DNA from: Oscillospiraceae bacterium
Lineage (GTDB): Bacteria > Bacillota > Clostridia > Oscillospirales > CAG-272
Length of the DNA: 64,000 nt
Reading direction: 5' to 3'
Assembly (NCBI GenBank): GCA_015065455.1
Contig: SVQI01000002.1
Span: forward strand, 92,042-156,041
Positions 10,897 through 20,672 of the stretch are shown here, piece by piece. Position numbers and translations under genes: made by a program. Position 1 is the first letter of the stretch, and each line of letters opens with the position of its first letter. The notes below the pieces were generated by a model, which saw only the letters and a list, made by a program, of their open reading frames with translations, searched no databases and was not told where the DNA came from.

Positions 10897-11797
10897 TTTC
10901 GTCTTCCTCCATCTTTTCTACATCATTTATAACGTTTACTTTTTCTGTTTTTTTATCTGTTTTAGGGTTAACCGTTCCCTCTATTTCGAGTATGGGCTGC
11001 GCCCCTCTTGCCTTTTTAAAGTAAAATAACAACAAGAACGTCACGCCCACAATAAATGAAACAATACCTATCACTTGAGAAATTCTAAAATCTCCTACAT
11101 ATAGGCTATCGGTACGAAGTCCCTCTATAAAAAATCTGCCGATACCGTACATTGATATGTACATAAAAAATATCTCTCCGTGATATTTTTTCTTTTTGTA
11201 ATACGCATTTATCAAGAGGAAACCAAGCAAGTTCCAAAGCGATTCATAGAGAAACGTGGGGTGAACGTACATAGCAACATTACTCCACTCAGGACGTATG
11301 CCCATTCTGATAAAAATATCAGTTTCTCTGCCGAACGCCTCGGCATTCACAAAATTCCCCCATCTGCCGATTATCTGTCCTATCATAACCGCGGGACAAG
11401 CAAGATCGAACATCTTTAGAATTTTTATTTTTTTAACTAAACATACGCAAAGAACGACCAAAGCTCCAGTAATAACAGCTCCGTATATGGCAAGTCCGCC
11501 TTCCCATATCGCTATAACGTCATAAAACGTTTTGTACTTATCAAGACTCGTAAGCACGTAAAACAACCTTGCACCAATTATAGCAAGGGGAATAACGAAT
11601 ATTGCAAAATCAAGTATATCGTCTTCTTTTATCCCCTCGTATTTGGAACGCTTCATTACATACGTAACGGCAAGTATTATACCTATAGTTATTATAACTC
11701 CATACCAGGCAATATCTCTGCCAAAAAGGTTGAATGCTACCTCTTTGACCGAAAACTCGCCTATTCCGAGTCCCGGAAAGGATATAAAATTCTTCAT
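10880..11797 (-). CDS. lgt: prolipoprotein diacylglyceryl transferase
   Basis: Polytopic protein with the GRWGNFVNAEAFG signature. Its 3' end overlaps the folD start by 17 nt. Confidence 0.92.
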   Translation of the reverse strand: MKNFISFPGLGIGEFSVKEVAFNLFGRDIAWYGVIITIGIILAVTYVMKRSKYEGIKEDDILDFAIFVIPLAIIGARLFYVLTSLDKYKTFYDVIAIWEGGLAIYGAVITGALVVLCVCLVKKIKILKMFDLACPAVMIGQIIGRWGNFVNAEAFGRETDIFIRMGIRPEWSNVAMYVHPTFLYESLWNLLGFLLINAYYKKKKYHGEIFFMYISMYGIGRFFIEGLRTDSLYVGDFRISQVIGIVSFIVGVTFLLLFYFKKARGAQPILEIEGTVNPKTDKKTEKVNVINDVEKMEEDENGKDN

Positions 11798-11817
11798 TTT
11801 TTCACTTCCTTCTCAGA

Positions 11818-13107
11818 TCACAAAGGACATACTGTTGATAATGCAAAAAAGCTATCGTCAAACATTGTTTTCAACAAACCGTTTACATAATCAAGCTCCA
11901 AATCCTTTATAACGTCCGCATAATCAAAAAGATCGCAACCTTCAAAAACATAGCTCATCAATTCACACGCTATTTCCTCTGTACTGTCAAAACTCTTTAT
12001 AAAATCAGCAAATATAACCTTTTTGCATCTCTCAAAAGCTTGGATGTCAATTCCTTTTGTCTGAGTTTCTTTTATATATTCTCTGATTCTGTCATATACC
12101 TTTTCCGGTTCAGCTGACTCACCTGATATCTCGTTAAAAGCGAAGCTTGAGCTGATCGTATAACAATAATCAAGGTTAGCTGAAATCAATCCTTCATCGT
12201 ACAATTCATTAAAAATACTACTGCTTTTACTGAACATAACCTCGTTCAATACAGCCATTCCCGCCGCTTTTCTCAAACGTTCAATCGGCTCTGAAGGTAT
12301 ATCGGCATCCTTTATTCCTATATCAAACAGAGGTTTTGCTACCTGCATTTTTGCCGTGATCTTTTCTTTTGATACATATGCAGGTTCTTCTTCAAAAAAT
12401 CTCTCTATTTCACTCTCAGAAGATTCTTTCAACACTCTGTCCGCAACGGAAACAACTTCATCCACATCAACGTCTCCACAAACACAGAGTACCATATTAT
12501 GAAGATTATAAAACGTGTTATAGCATTTATAAAGCAATTTTGCGTCAATTTCCGCTATTGATTCAACAGTTCCCGCAATGCTTATCTGCACTGAATGTTT
12601 TTCGTACAAGGCCTTCATAAGATTAAAAAACAGAACTCTGCTTGGACTATCCTCACCCATTCTTATTTCCTGACCTATTATACCCTGTTCTTTCTGAACG
12701 GACTTGTCTGTAAAATATGGCTTTGTTACAAAATCAAGCAAAATCTCAAGCGATTCTTTAAAATTTTCAGTACACGAAAACAAATACGCTGTCTTATCAA
12801 AAGATGTGAATGCATTTGCGTTTGCCCCTGTTTCTGCATATCTCGAAAAAGTATCCGGGCCGTTCTCGTTATCAAATAGCTTATGCTCAAGAAAATGCGC
12901 AATCCCATTGGGAACTTCCGTATAATCCCTTTCGCCTTTTAGTTTGAATTTATTATCGATCGAACCGTATTTAGTACCGAAGACTGCAAAAGTGGTAGTC
13001 AGCTTTTTCGGGAAAACATAAATATCAAGACCGCTTTTGTGACATATCTTGGTATAGCTTTCGCCTAAAAATTCATTTGACTTTACATATCTTTCATTCA
13101 TCGTCAT
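11818..13107 (-). CDS. M16 (insulinase/pitrilysin) family zinc peptidase, catalytic subunit
   Basis: 429 aa containing the inverted zinc motif HFLEH (GIAHFLEHKLF). Confidence 0.8.
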   Translation of the reverse strand: MTMNERYVKSNEFLGESYTKICHKSGLDIYVFPKKLTTTFAVFGTKYGSIDNKFKLKGERDYTEVPNGIAHFLEHKLFDNENGPDTFSRYAETGANANAFTSFDKTAYLFSCTENFKESLEILLDFVTKPYFTDKSVQKEQGIIGQEIRMGEDSPSRVLFFNLMKALYEKHSVQISIAGTVESIAEIDAKLLYKCYNTFYNLHNMVLCVCGDVDVDEVVSVADRVLKESSESEIERFFEEEPAYVSKEKITAKMQVAKPLFDIGIKDADIPSEPIERLRKAAGMAVLNEVMFSKSSSIFNELYDEGLISANLDYCYTISSSFAFNEISGESAEPEKVYDRIREYIKETQTKGIDIQAFERCKKVIFADFIKSFDSTEEIACELMSYVFEGCDLFDYADVIKDLELDYVNGLLKTMFDDSFFALSTVCPL

Positions 13108-14383
13108 ATTCTCCCTCTCCGCTCATCGTTCCTTCAAGGAAGTAAACAGTATCAAGCTTGATCTTATTTGCAATTTCTATAATATCAGACTTTTTAACGT
13201 CCATAAATTTACGCGCTACCTCTTCCGACGTATCATCAAGCCCCGCCAAACGTCTTGTCAAATACCAGCTTTCAATCGATGCAGGATTGTCATTTAATTC
13301 GTCATATGCGTTTTTCAGCGATTTCTTCGCCAATTCAAGCTCTTCTTCTGTAAATTCGCCCCGTCTTACACATTCAAGTTGTGATAAAATCTCATTCTGA
13401 GCTTCCTCTTTTTTTGAAACTTCAATACCGCTCGTTACGACCATAATTCCTTTGACACCCTCAGGAATGGCTCGGCAATAGTAACAAAGACTAAGCTTTT
13501 CTCTTACGTTCATAAAAAGCTTACTTACAGGAGAATTGCCGTACATTTCAACAAACACAGGGAAAGCAGTATAGTCTTCTTCACCAAGAATAGTACCCGT
13601 TCTGAAACCAAGCGACAGTTTGCCTTGCATCGCAGGGCATTTTTCTGTTACTTCTTTCACGTCTGATACTTCTCTTATTATTTTTGCACCGCAAAAACCA
13701 GTGTAGCTTCGTTCGCGGTTAATAAACATATTTCTTATTTTATCAGCGATATCAGCTACTCTTACGTTTCCAACGTAAAAAATTTCCACTCTTGCAGTTG
13801 AAATAAGTTCTGTGTATGCTTTATAAAGCTCGTCTGCAGTTATTTTTTCTACACTTGACTCGTCGCCGTATTCACAAATCCCAAAGGCTTCATTTTTGCA
13901 CATTTCCTCGTGGCAACGTCTGATGGCATATCCGTTTTTGTTATTTATAATAGCTCTTATATCATCTATAAGGTTTTTCTTTTCGCTTTCAACGTAGCTA
14001 TCCAAGAAAGCGCCATCTTTTAAATACGGAGAGAAAATTATTTCCTCCAAAACAGCAAGTGTTCCGTCTGTTATATTAGTTCCGTCTATCGCATATTTAT
14101 CCGCAAGCCAGCTCGCAGTTATACCGCACACCTGATACTCTCCGCGTTTGTATACTCTACCCTCAACAGACGCTGCATACAAATCATCAAGTGCAATTTT
14201 CAAACTTGCTATATCCTTATAGCTCTTTGAACCCCTCATAAGAACCTGTGGAATCAGTGCATTTAAAGATACTTTCTCTCGATTAAGCGGTGTGACAAAA
14301 TTAAAAGATAGATAATTGGTCTTGAATTTGTCTGTGTTTATTATATTCAAAGTTATTCCGTCGGAAATTTTAATCTTTTCCAA
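13094..14383 (-). CDS. M16 family peptidase-like protein, non-catalytic partner
   Basis: 429 aa with the same length and layout as the downstream gene but no HxxEH motif. Overlaps it by 14 nt. Confidence 0.75.
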   Translation of the reverse strand: MEKIKISDGITLNIINTDKFKTNYLSFNFVTPLNREKVSLNALIPQVLMRGSKSYKDIASLKIALDDLYAASVEGRVYKRGEYQVCGITASWLADKYAIDGTNITDGTLAVLEEIIFSPYLKDGAFLDSYVESEKKNLIDDIRAIINNKNGYAIRRCHEEMCKNEAFGICEYGDESSVEKITADELYKAYTELISTARVEIFYVGNVRVADIADKIRNMFINRERSYTGFCGAKIIREVSDVKEVTEKCPAMQGKLSLGFRTGTILGEEDYTAFPVFVEMYGNSPVSKLFMNVREKLSLCYYCRAIPEGVKGIMVVTSGIEVSKKEEAQNEILSQLECVRRGEFTEEELELAKKSLKNAYDELNDNPASIESWYLTRRLAGLDDTSEEVARKFMDVKKSDIIEIANKIKLDTVYFLEGTMSGEGEYDDE

Positions 14384-14482
14384 AGCTAAGCTACCTGCCT
14401 TTTTTGTATTAGCAAAATTTTACCCTATTATATATATTATACACATTATTTTTAACTTTTCAACACCAATAATACACTTTTA

Positions 14483-15457
14483 TTAATACAAACCAAGCTC
14501 TGTACCGGGATAATAGTGTTCCAATATCTCCGTATATTTTTTGCCCTCTTCAGCCATTACAGAACATCCGTACTGACTCATTCCCACTCCATGTCCATAG
14601 CCTTTCACCTCAAATTTAAACATACCATCACTATATATAATATCAAAGCACGTGGATTTCAGCCCAAATATTTCTCTTATTCGCCGTCCTGTTATCGCTG
14701 TCCCACATATATAAACCTTTTCTGTTCTTCCTCTTTCATTTTTTACTGTTTCTCCTAACCATTCTACAGGCTCACCCGAAAAATTGCACATTACCCCCTC
14801 ACTGTCAAGTATGTTCTTCAATTCTTCAGAATTATACTCGGCATAACTGACAGCAACTTCTTCTGGCGATTTCACACTGACAAGATACGGAACCTCAGCA
14901 CCCCAGACATTTTTTGCGCTTTCTGTGTATTCATAAGAGCTTGAATGAAATACTGTGTCAGCAACTATCCCCTCGTAATATAAAACTTCCCCTCTTGTTT
15001 CGGATACAGCCTTTTTCATTTTTTCATAATATTCTTCTGTATTTTCCTCTCCCCATCTTTTCTTTGCATCATCAATAGAAATATATGCCAGACAGTGAGT
15101 ATAATCATCGCATACGTCTGCCGCGTAGTGTTTTGAATATTTATCGTCACTCTCTATTCTTCTCAAGCAATAGCTTCTTACCGCAACCGCCATCGCCTTC
15201 AGAGCTTCTTCGTCAAAGGATGCAGGGACCTCGCATAACAGCACCCCGCATATATATTCTTCAAAATCAAGTTCAGCCTTTTCTCCGGTTGAAGTTATAT
15301 ACAGCTCTATCTCTTTCGTTTCGATATTGCTCTTGTCAAGCTTTTCTGATTCTGACGGAGCCTGTCCGTTCATAAACAATCCTGCAACAGTAGGAGAAAA
15401 CAACATCGCAATTATTGAAATTATAATTCCAATTATTTTAATATTCAAAAAAATCAC
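14483..15457 (-). CDS. spoIID: stage II sporulation protein D (lytic transglycosylase)
   Basis: N-terminal TM helix, SpoIID/LytB domain and a C-terminal GHGVGMSQYG motif. Confidence 0.88.
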   Translation of the reverse strand: MIFLNIKIIGIIISIIAMLFSPTVAGLFMNGQAPSESEKLDKSNIETKEIELYITSTGEKAELDFEEYICGVLLCEVPASFDEEALKAMAVAVRSYCLRRIESDDKYSKHYAADVCDDYTHCLAYISIDDAKKRWGEENTEEYYEKMKKAVSETRGEVLYYEGIVADTVFHSSSYEYTESAKNVWGAEVPYLVSVKSPEEVAVSYAEYNSEELKNILDSEGVMCNFSGEPVEWLGETVKNERGRTEKVYICGTAITGRRIREIFGLKSTCFDIIYSDGMFKFEVKGYGHGVGMSQYGCSVMAEEGKKYTEILEHYYPGTELGLY

Positions 15458-15514
15458 CTCATTGGAATTATATTACTTTTGTAAAGCTTATATTCTCCCG
15501 GAAAACAAATACAA

Positions 15515-15544
15515 ACAAAAAAGGTAACCTTTTACGGTTACCTT
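15515..15544 (-). terminator. intrinsic terminator after dusB
   Basis: Minus-strand hairpin AAGGTAACC/GGTTACCTT followed by a T run. Confidence 0.75.
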
Positions 15545-15551
15545 TGTAATT

Positions 15552-16550
15552 TTATTCGTACTCACGCAAAAACTGTTCGACAATTGTCTCAAGTTCGTCA
15601 AGCGACATCGCCTTATTTACTTTTTCCCTTGCAACAGCCGCGCCCTTCTTTCCCTGAATATACCAGGAAAGATGCTTTCTCGCTTCCATAACTCCAGTGT
15701 ACTCACCCTTGTAGCCTATCATAAGCCTTATATGCTCCATTGCAACGGCAAGTCTTTCACTCATAGTGGGTTCTGTATAGTCCTTTCCCTCAATAGCGCA
15801 AGCAATTTCCTTGAACAAAAAAGGATTTCCCATCGCTCCCCTTGCTATCATAAGACCGTCACAGTCCGTATATTCTAACATTTTTAAAGCGCTTTCGGCA
15901 TCATTTATTCCGCCGTTTGCAATAACAGGAATAGATACTGATTTCTTGACTTGTTTTATAATATCAATATCTACAGGGTCTCTGTACATTTGCATTTTCG
16001 TTCTTCCGTGAACACAGATTGCCATAGCTCCGTTTTTTTCCGCTATTTCTGCCAATTCAACCGCGTTTTTACTGTCACCATCCCAACCCGAACGTATTTT
16101 TACGGTTACGGGGATATTTACAGCCGAGGATACTGCCTTAATTATCTCACCTGCAAGAACCGGCTTTTTCATCAAAGCACTGCCGTCTCCGTTCCCCGCT
16201 ATCTTGGGTACGGGACACCCCATATTTATATCTATTCCTGATGGGGTAGAAACATTTTGACAAGCTTTATAATTATTAGTCGCCAATTTAACAGCCGACT
16301 CAGCCATTATCTCAGGGTCACTTCCGAATATCTGAATAAAAAACGGTAACTCACCTTCCGAAAAAGCGGCAAGAACAGCGGTCTTGGTATCATTATAGTG
16401 CAATCCCTTTGCAGATATCATTTCAGATACAGTACATTCTGCGCCGTGTTTACGGCATACCTCTCTGAACGCACGATCGGATACCCCTGCCAACGGTGCT
16501 AAAAACAATCCGTTCTTCAATTCTATATTGCCGATCTTCAAACCCTTCAC
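15552..16550 (-). CDS. dusB: tRNA dihydrouridine synthase
   Basis: 332 aa TIM-barrel Dus pattern: LAPLAGVSD, NMGCP, VTVKIR, VHGRT. Confidence 0.9.
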   Translation of the reverse strand: MKGLKIGNIELKNGLFLAPLAGVSDRAFREVCRKHGAECTVSEMISAKGLHYNDTKTAVLAAFSEGELPFFIQIFGSDPEIMAESAVKLATNNYKACQNVSTPSGIDINMGCPVPKIAGNGDGSALMKKPVLAGEIIKAVSSAVNIPVTVKIRSGWDGDSKNAVELAEIAEKNGAMAICVHGRTKMQMYRDPVDIDIIKQVKKSVSIPVIANGGINDAESALKMLEYTDCDGLMIARGAMGNPFLFKEIACAIEGKDYTEPTMSERLAVAMEHIRLMIGYKGEYTGVMEARKHLSWYIQGKKGAAVAREKVNKAMSLDELETIVEQFLREYE

Positions 16551-16680
16551 CGTCCTTTACCCGACTATTATAACACACTCTATATATTTTGTAAACAACA
16601 CATTTATCAGCTTTAAGTATACAAAAAACAAACGGCATGAAAACTCAAGCCGCTTGTAGTAATTTTACTTATTAACAGTA

Positions 16681-18045
16681 TTAAAGGAATATATACTTAA
16701 GAATAAACAACAAAGCAAGAACGTACATTACCGGAGATATATCCTTATGTTTTTTGCATACAAGATTGATAATAACGTAAGAAATAACACCCATTGATAT
16801 ACCTTCAGCTATGCTGTAGAACAATGGCATAGCGATGATAGTGATATATGCAGGAATTGCTGTAGCATAGTTATCTGAATCAAGCTTAAGCTCCGCAATG
16901 TTACTGAACATAAGGAATCCTACGATAATAAGAGCGGGCGCTGTAGCAAACGAAGGAACAGCTGTAAATATGGGAGCAAAGAACATTGAAACGAGGAACA
17001 AAATAGCAGTTGTGAAAGATGTAAGTCCTGTTCTTCCACCCTCGGCTACTCCGGCTGAAGATTCAACGAACGTTGTAACAGTAGAAGTTCCCAAAACCGC
17101 ACCTGCTGACGTTGCAACAGCATCTGCCATAAGAGCGCTCTTTATTTTAGGAAGTCTTCCCTTTTCATCAAGCATATTAGCCTTTGTGCTTACGCCTATC
17201 AATGTTCCAAGTGTGTCAAACAAATCAACAAAAAGGAACGAGAAAACTATAACAACAAAGTTGAAAATCCCTACTCCCTTAAAATCAATATTAAAACACT
17301 GACCGAACGTCTCTCCAAGTTTTGTAAAATCAGTTATAGCAAATGTAGGATAAAGAGAATAGAAACCTGCGGCAGCATCGGGAACGTATATTCCTGTGAG
17401 CTGACAAAGCATACCGAGCCCCCATGTTACGATAATACCTATAAGAATAGAGCCCTTTACATTCTTTATATAAAGAATTGCTGTAAATACAGTGCCAATA
17501 ATAGCCAACAATGCACCTATACCGACTGTATTGAAATTATCGGTAAAACTAACTATTGAAACGAGTGTTGATGAGTTTGGTACACAAAGTTTTGCATTTT
17601 GTAAGCCTATAAATGCAATAAACAAACCTATACCAACAGATACGGCATTTTTAAGCGGAAGTGGAATTGCATTAAAGATAGCTTCTCTTACGTTTGTAAG
17701 GGAAAGTAATATAAATATAATTCCCTCAACAAATACTGCAAACAAAGCAACTTGCCACGAATATCCAAATCCAAGAACTACAGTGTAAGCCAAAAATGCG
17801 TTAAGTCCCATTCCTGCTGACAAAGCAAACGGCATATTCGTCGAAAACGCCATAATAGCAGTTCCTATGAATGATGCAATACAGGTTGCCAAAAGTACTG
17901 CGGTACTGTCCATACCGGCAGCAGAAAGAATGCTCGGATTTACTGCAAGAATGTACGCCATTGTCATAAACGTAGTGATTCCGGCAATAATTTCCGTTTT
18001 TGCGTTGGTGTTATTTTCTTTTAGTTTAAAAAACTTCTCCAACAT
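16681..18045 (-). CDS. NCS2 family purine permease (adenine/guanine/hypoxanthine type)
   Basis: 454 aa with about 12 TM helices. N-terminus MLEKFFKLKENNTNAKTEIIAGITTFMTMAYILAVNP is typical of the AzgA/PbuG group. Confidence 0.9.
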   Translation of the reverse strand: MLEKFFKLKENNTNAKTEIIAGITTFMTMAYILAVNPSILSAAGMDSTAVLLATCIASFIGTAIMAFSTNMPFALSAGMGLNAFLAYTVVLGFGYSWQVALFAVFVEGIIFILLSLTNVREAIFNAIPLPLKNAVSVGIGLFIAFIGLQNAKLCVPNSSTLVSIVSFTDNFNTVGIGALLAIIGTVFTAILYIKNVKGSILIGIIVTWGLGMLCQLTGIYVPDAAAGFYSLYPTFAITDFTKLGETFGQCFNIDFKGVGIFNFVVIVFSFLFVDLFDTLGTLIGVSTKANMLDEKGRLPKIKSALMADAVATSAGAVLGTSTVTTFVESSAGVAEGGRTGLTSFTTAILFLVSMFFAPIFTAVPSFATAPALIIVGFLMFSNIAELKLDSDNYATAIPAYITIIAMPLFYSIAEGISMGVISYVIINLVCKKHKDISPVMYVLALLFILKYIFL

Positions 18046-18066
18046 TTTGTTTTTCCCCTTTTCTTT

Positions 18067-18579
18067 TTATTTTTCTTTATATTCATATATTTTTGACGAA
18101 TAAAACAATACCAGCTGGGGCTTTCTGAAACGGTAAGCAACCATATAAAACATATCATCATTCGAAGCAAGCTGATATGTAGTGTGACTAACACTAACAC
18201 GTCCAAAGGTCTTGAAATAAATCACTTCTTCATAACTACTGCGTCTGCCTCTACGTCTATACTCTTCAGTTTTATACGATACTTCATCGGTTAATATATC
18301 AAATTCATCATTCTCCAGCATCTTTTTCCGTTTTAAACATAAAACGAACGAATAAATTATCAATGCGGCCGGAATACAAAGAAACAACAATATAACGTTT
18401 GTTGAAATAGCTGCATCTTTCCCGCTCTCTATTATGTTTATAAAAAACACAATAAATCCACCAACAAACACTAAAAGTCCTAAATATACCCAACAAACTC
18501 GCATATCTGCTGTATTATAAAAGCTTAGTTCACCTTTTATAAACTTTCTTGTTAAAATCTGCTTTGTTACCTTTTCCAA
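18067..18579 (-). CDS. hypothetical 2-TM membrane protein
   Basis: 170 aa with two TM helices and a C-terminal soluble domain ending FYSSKIYEYKEK. Same layout as the next gene. Confidence 0.5.
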   Translation of the reverse strand: MEKVTKQILTRKFIKGELSFYNTADMRVCWVYLGLLVFVGGFIVFFINIIESGKDAAISTNVILLFLCIPAALIIYSFVLCLKRKKMLENDEFDILTDEVSYKTEEYRRRGRRSSYEEVIYFKTFGRVSVSHTTYQLASNDDMFYMVAYRFRKPQLVLFYSSKIYEYKEK

Positions 18580-18638
18580 GATGTCACACTCCTATTATTA
18601 TAATTGTAACACAAAAAACATAATTTTGCAATATATTA

Positions 18639-19226
18639 TCAAAAATTGCACGTTGATCGAGGGGCGTTCTTATACTTAAATAATTTGGTGTTATACGCCA
18701 TAACAATATTTCCAGTATCCTTTTTTATAACAACGGTAAAACTATCTCCTCGATGGGAGCTTTCGTGAATTGCAAAAGCAGACATCGGCTGTTCTTTGCT
18801 CCAAAGATAGTTGTCTTTCGGAACATTCCACACTTCTCCGTTTTCAAAATATAAACAACAATTATAAACTATAATATCGCGAGCCTTATACATTCTTATC
18901 ACATAGTTCTCCTCGGTCGTATGAGAAAGGATATATGTTTTTATTTCATAATCATTAATAGAAATCTGCTTGATTTTATGTTTTAGCCGAAAATGCCCGA
19001 TTATATTATATCCTACGACAAAAACTACAAAAGCAATAATCCCCCAAACAATAAACAGTGGATAAATAAACTCTATTATAATCAACAAGAACGTGATAAT
19101 TGCAGTAGGAATTTTTATTTTTTCATACTCAATTTTCGACTTGTCTTGCGGTTGTTTTAACGCGTTAATAATATCTTTTTCTATCTCAGTAAGCGTTATA
19201 GTCTCCATTTTCGGCAATATATCCAC
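18639..19226 (-). CDS. hypothetical 2-TM membrane protein (paralog-like of 18067-18579)
   Basis: 195 aa with two TM helices and a C-terminal domain ending AYNTKLFKYKN. Confidence 0.5.
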   Translation of the reverse strand: MDILPKMETITLTEIEKDIINALKQPQDKSKIEYEKIKIPTAIITFLLIIIEFIYPLFIVWGIIAFVVFVVGYNIIGHFRLKHKIKQISINDYEIKTYILSHTTEENYVIRMYKARDIIVYNCCLYFENGEVWNVPKDNYLWSKEQPMSAFAIHESSHRGDSFTVVIKKDTGNIVMAYNTKLFKYKNAPRSTCNF

Positions 19227-19424
19227 CGTCCTCTCACCACCTATTGTAGCATATAGCCCATACTTTTACAATATGCTGTGGTAAATGACACGATAATATT
19301 TTTGTCATTTTCTATATCTAAAAAAGTCTTGTTTTTACTACATTAATTTAATTAAACTATTTTAAGACAATCAAAAAAACAGCTGGTATTACTTTATAAA
19401 ACAGTTTTTTCAATACGTCAAACA

Positions 19425-19453
19425 TTGACATTCCCCGTATTATATAGTATACT
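19425..19453 (+). promoter_or_regulatory. sigma-A promoter
   Basis: TTGACA (19425-19430), 17-nt spacer, TATACT (19448-19453). It lies inside the ORF-track extension, which argues for the downstream ATG. Confidence 0.65.
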
Positions 19454-19484
19454 GTTTGTACAATCAAAAAAGGATGGTGTTTAT

Positions 19485-20270
19485 ATGGGAAGAATGCTTG
19501 GCTCATTTGCCGACAATCAAGAACTTGACCGACCGGACCTTAACAAATGTCCTGACTGTGAATGTTTTTTTGCCGGGGATAATTGTCCTTTGTGCGGAAA
19601 AGAATGCCCTGAAAATATGCGCGCGGGTAATCGACCCGTTGTAAAGAAAAAGAAACAAAAACGTTATTCCGATTCCGGCAGAGTTACCTTTGTTGAGTGG
19701 TATCACTCTTGGTGGTTTATAATTATAATGCTTTTTGTAATGCCGATAGCGGGAATAATTCTGCTCATCACCAGTCCTCATAAAAAATCGCATAAAATAC
19801 TTTTCGTAATACTTGGTATTGTACTTTTTATAATCTCTACCTTTGGAATCGGAAATATTATATCCAACATTTCTGATATGTTGGATCCGCCGGTTAACAC
19901 CTCACTTACTAAAGAAGAATACATGGCAAAATGCGAAGTTGTAACACCGGAACAGTTCTACCGTTCTGCTGATGGATATAAAGACCAATTCGTATGTGTA
20001 AAACTTAAAGTAATAAAAAACGTTACGTTTACAGATGATTTTTACAACGACCGTGATTATGATTGTTACCTATGCGAAGCGGATAACGGTTCCGAATACA
20101 AAATTGTCATTCGCGACTGTTTGTTAGCTGATAAGCAAAAGTTTATTTCAGGAGACGTCATTACAGTTTATGGCGAGGGCGCTGGCGATTGCAGTGTATA
20201 TGACTATGAATACAACGACTGGCACGGTCCTTGCTTAAATATGGCATACGTGGTTTTAGAAACTGAATAA
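19485..20270 (+). CDS. hypothetical zinc-ribbon membrane protein
   Basis: Start MGRMLGSF is preceded by AAGGA. N-terminal CPDC...CPLCG zinc ribbon, two TM helices, and a Cys-containing C-terminal domain. Confidence 0.55.
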   Translation: MGRMLGSFADNQELDRPDLNKCPDCECFFAGDNCPLCGKECPENMRAGNRPVVKKKKQKRYSDSGRVTFVEWYHSWWFIIIMLFVMPIAGIILLITSPHKKSHKILFVILGIVLFIISTFGIGNIISNISDMLDPPVNTSLTKEEYMAKCEVVTPEQFYRSADGYKDQFVCVKLKVIKNVTFTDDFYNDRDYDCYLCEADNGSEYKIVIRDCLLADKQKFISGDVITVYGEGAGDCSVYDYEYNDWHGPCLNMAYVVLETE

Positions 20271-20287
20271 AAATATACTATAAACAC

Positions 20288-20319
20288 AAAAAAAGCACCA
20301 CATAAGTGGTGCTTTTTTT
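20288..20319. terminator. bidirectional intrinsic terminator
   Basis: Hairpin AGCACCAC-ATAA-GTGGTGCT flanked by A7 and T7 runs. Confidence 0.85.
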
Positions 20320-20428
20320 GCTACGGAACTAGGATTCGGTCTCGCGCGACCTACGCGCTCGGTCTTCCGCGGCTCTTGACAGTCCACCGGACTGTCAATT
20401 CACTACCGCTTCCCCTTCGAATCCTATA
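20320..20428 (-). other. GC-rich inverted-repeat-bounded mini-element carrying a copy of the tRNA-Gln 3' end
   Basis: 9-bp terminal inverted repeats (taggattcg 20330-20338 and cgaatccta 20418-20426) enclose about 79 nt of roughly 60% GC. The interior has a 10-bp hairpin TTGACAGTCC/GGACTGTCAA. Positions 20320-20338 repeat tRNA-Gln 20477-20495 at 18/19. Confidence 0.4.
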
Positions 20429-20434
20429 CAAAAA

Positions 20435-20472
20435 CAAAAAAACAACGACATCGCATTGGCGATATCGTTGTT
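20435..20472 (-). terminator. intrinsic terminator after tRNA-Gln
   Basis: 14-bp hairpin AACAACGATATCGC/GCGATGTCGTTGTT (one mismatch) followed by a T run on the minus strand. Confidence 0.85.
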
Positions 20473-20474
20473 TT

Positions 20475-20548
20475 TGGCTGCGGAACTAGGATTCGAACCC
20501 AGACAAACAGAGTCAGAGTCTGCCGTGCTACCGTTACACAATTCCGCA
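20475..20548 (-). tRNA. tRNA-Gln (anticodon CUG)
   Basis: 74-nt cloverleaf folded by hand. Acceptor TGCGGAA/TTCCGCA with U1:A72, anticodon loop CTCTGAC, T arm CTGGG-TTCGAAT-CCTAG, encoded CCA. Confidence 0.9.
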
Positions 20549-20560
20549 TCAACGCGATAT

Positions 20561-20589
20561 ATTATAGCAAAAACATATTTATTTGTCAA
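20561..20589 (-). promoter_or_regulatory. sigma-A promoter for tRNA-Gln
   Basis: Minus strand: TTGACA, 17-nt spacer, TGcTATAAT. The -10 ends about 12 nt before the mature tRNA 5' end. Confidence 0.75.
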
Positions 20590-20672
20590 TAGTTTTTTCA
20601 ATCTTTTTTATTCTATTTTTTGACCTAATATTTGCAGGTGGTGTAAAACATAACTTTGCTTTATTTACAGAA

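Noticed and set aside
20320-20428. Possible second tRNA (type II or tRNA-Sec) downstream of tRNA-Gln.
   Set aside because: Only the last ~19 nt match a tRNA 3' end. The T-stem 5' strand does not pair (GCGAG versus CCTAG), there is no matching acceptor 5' strand, and there is no U33-containing 7-nt anticodon loop (the TCA candidate has G at position 33).
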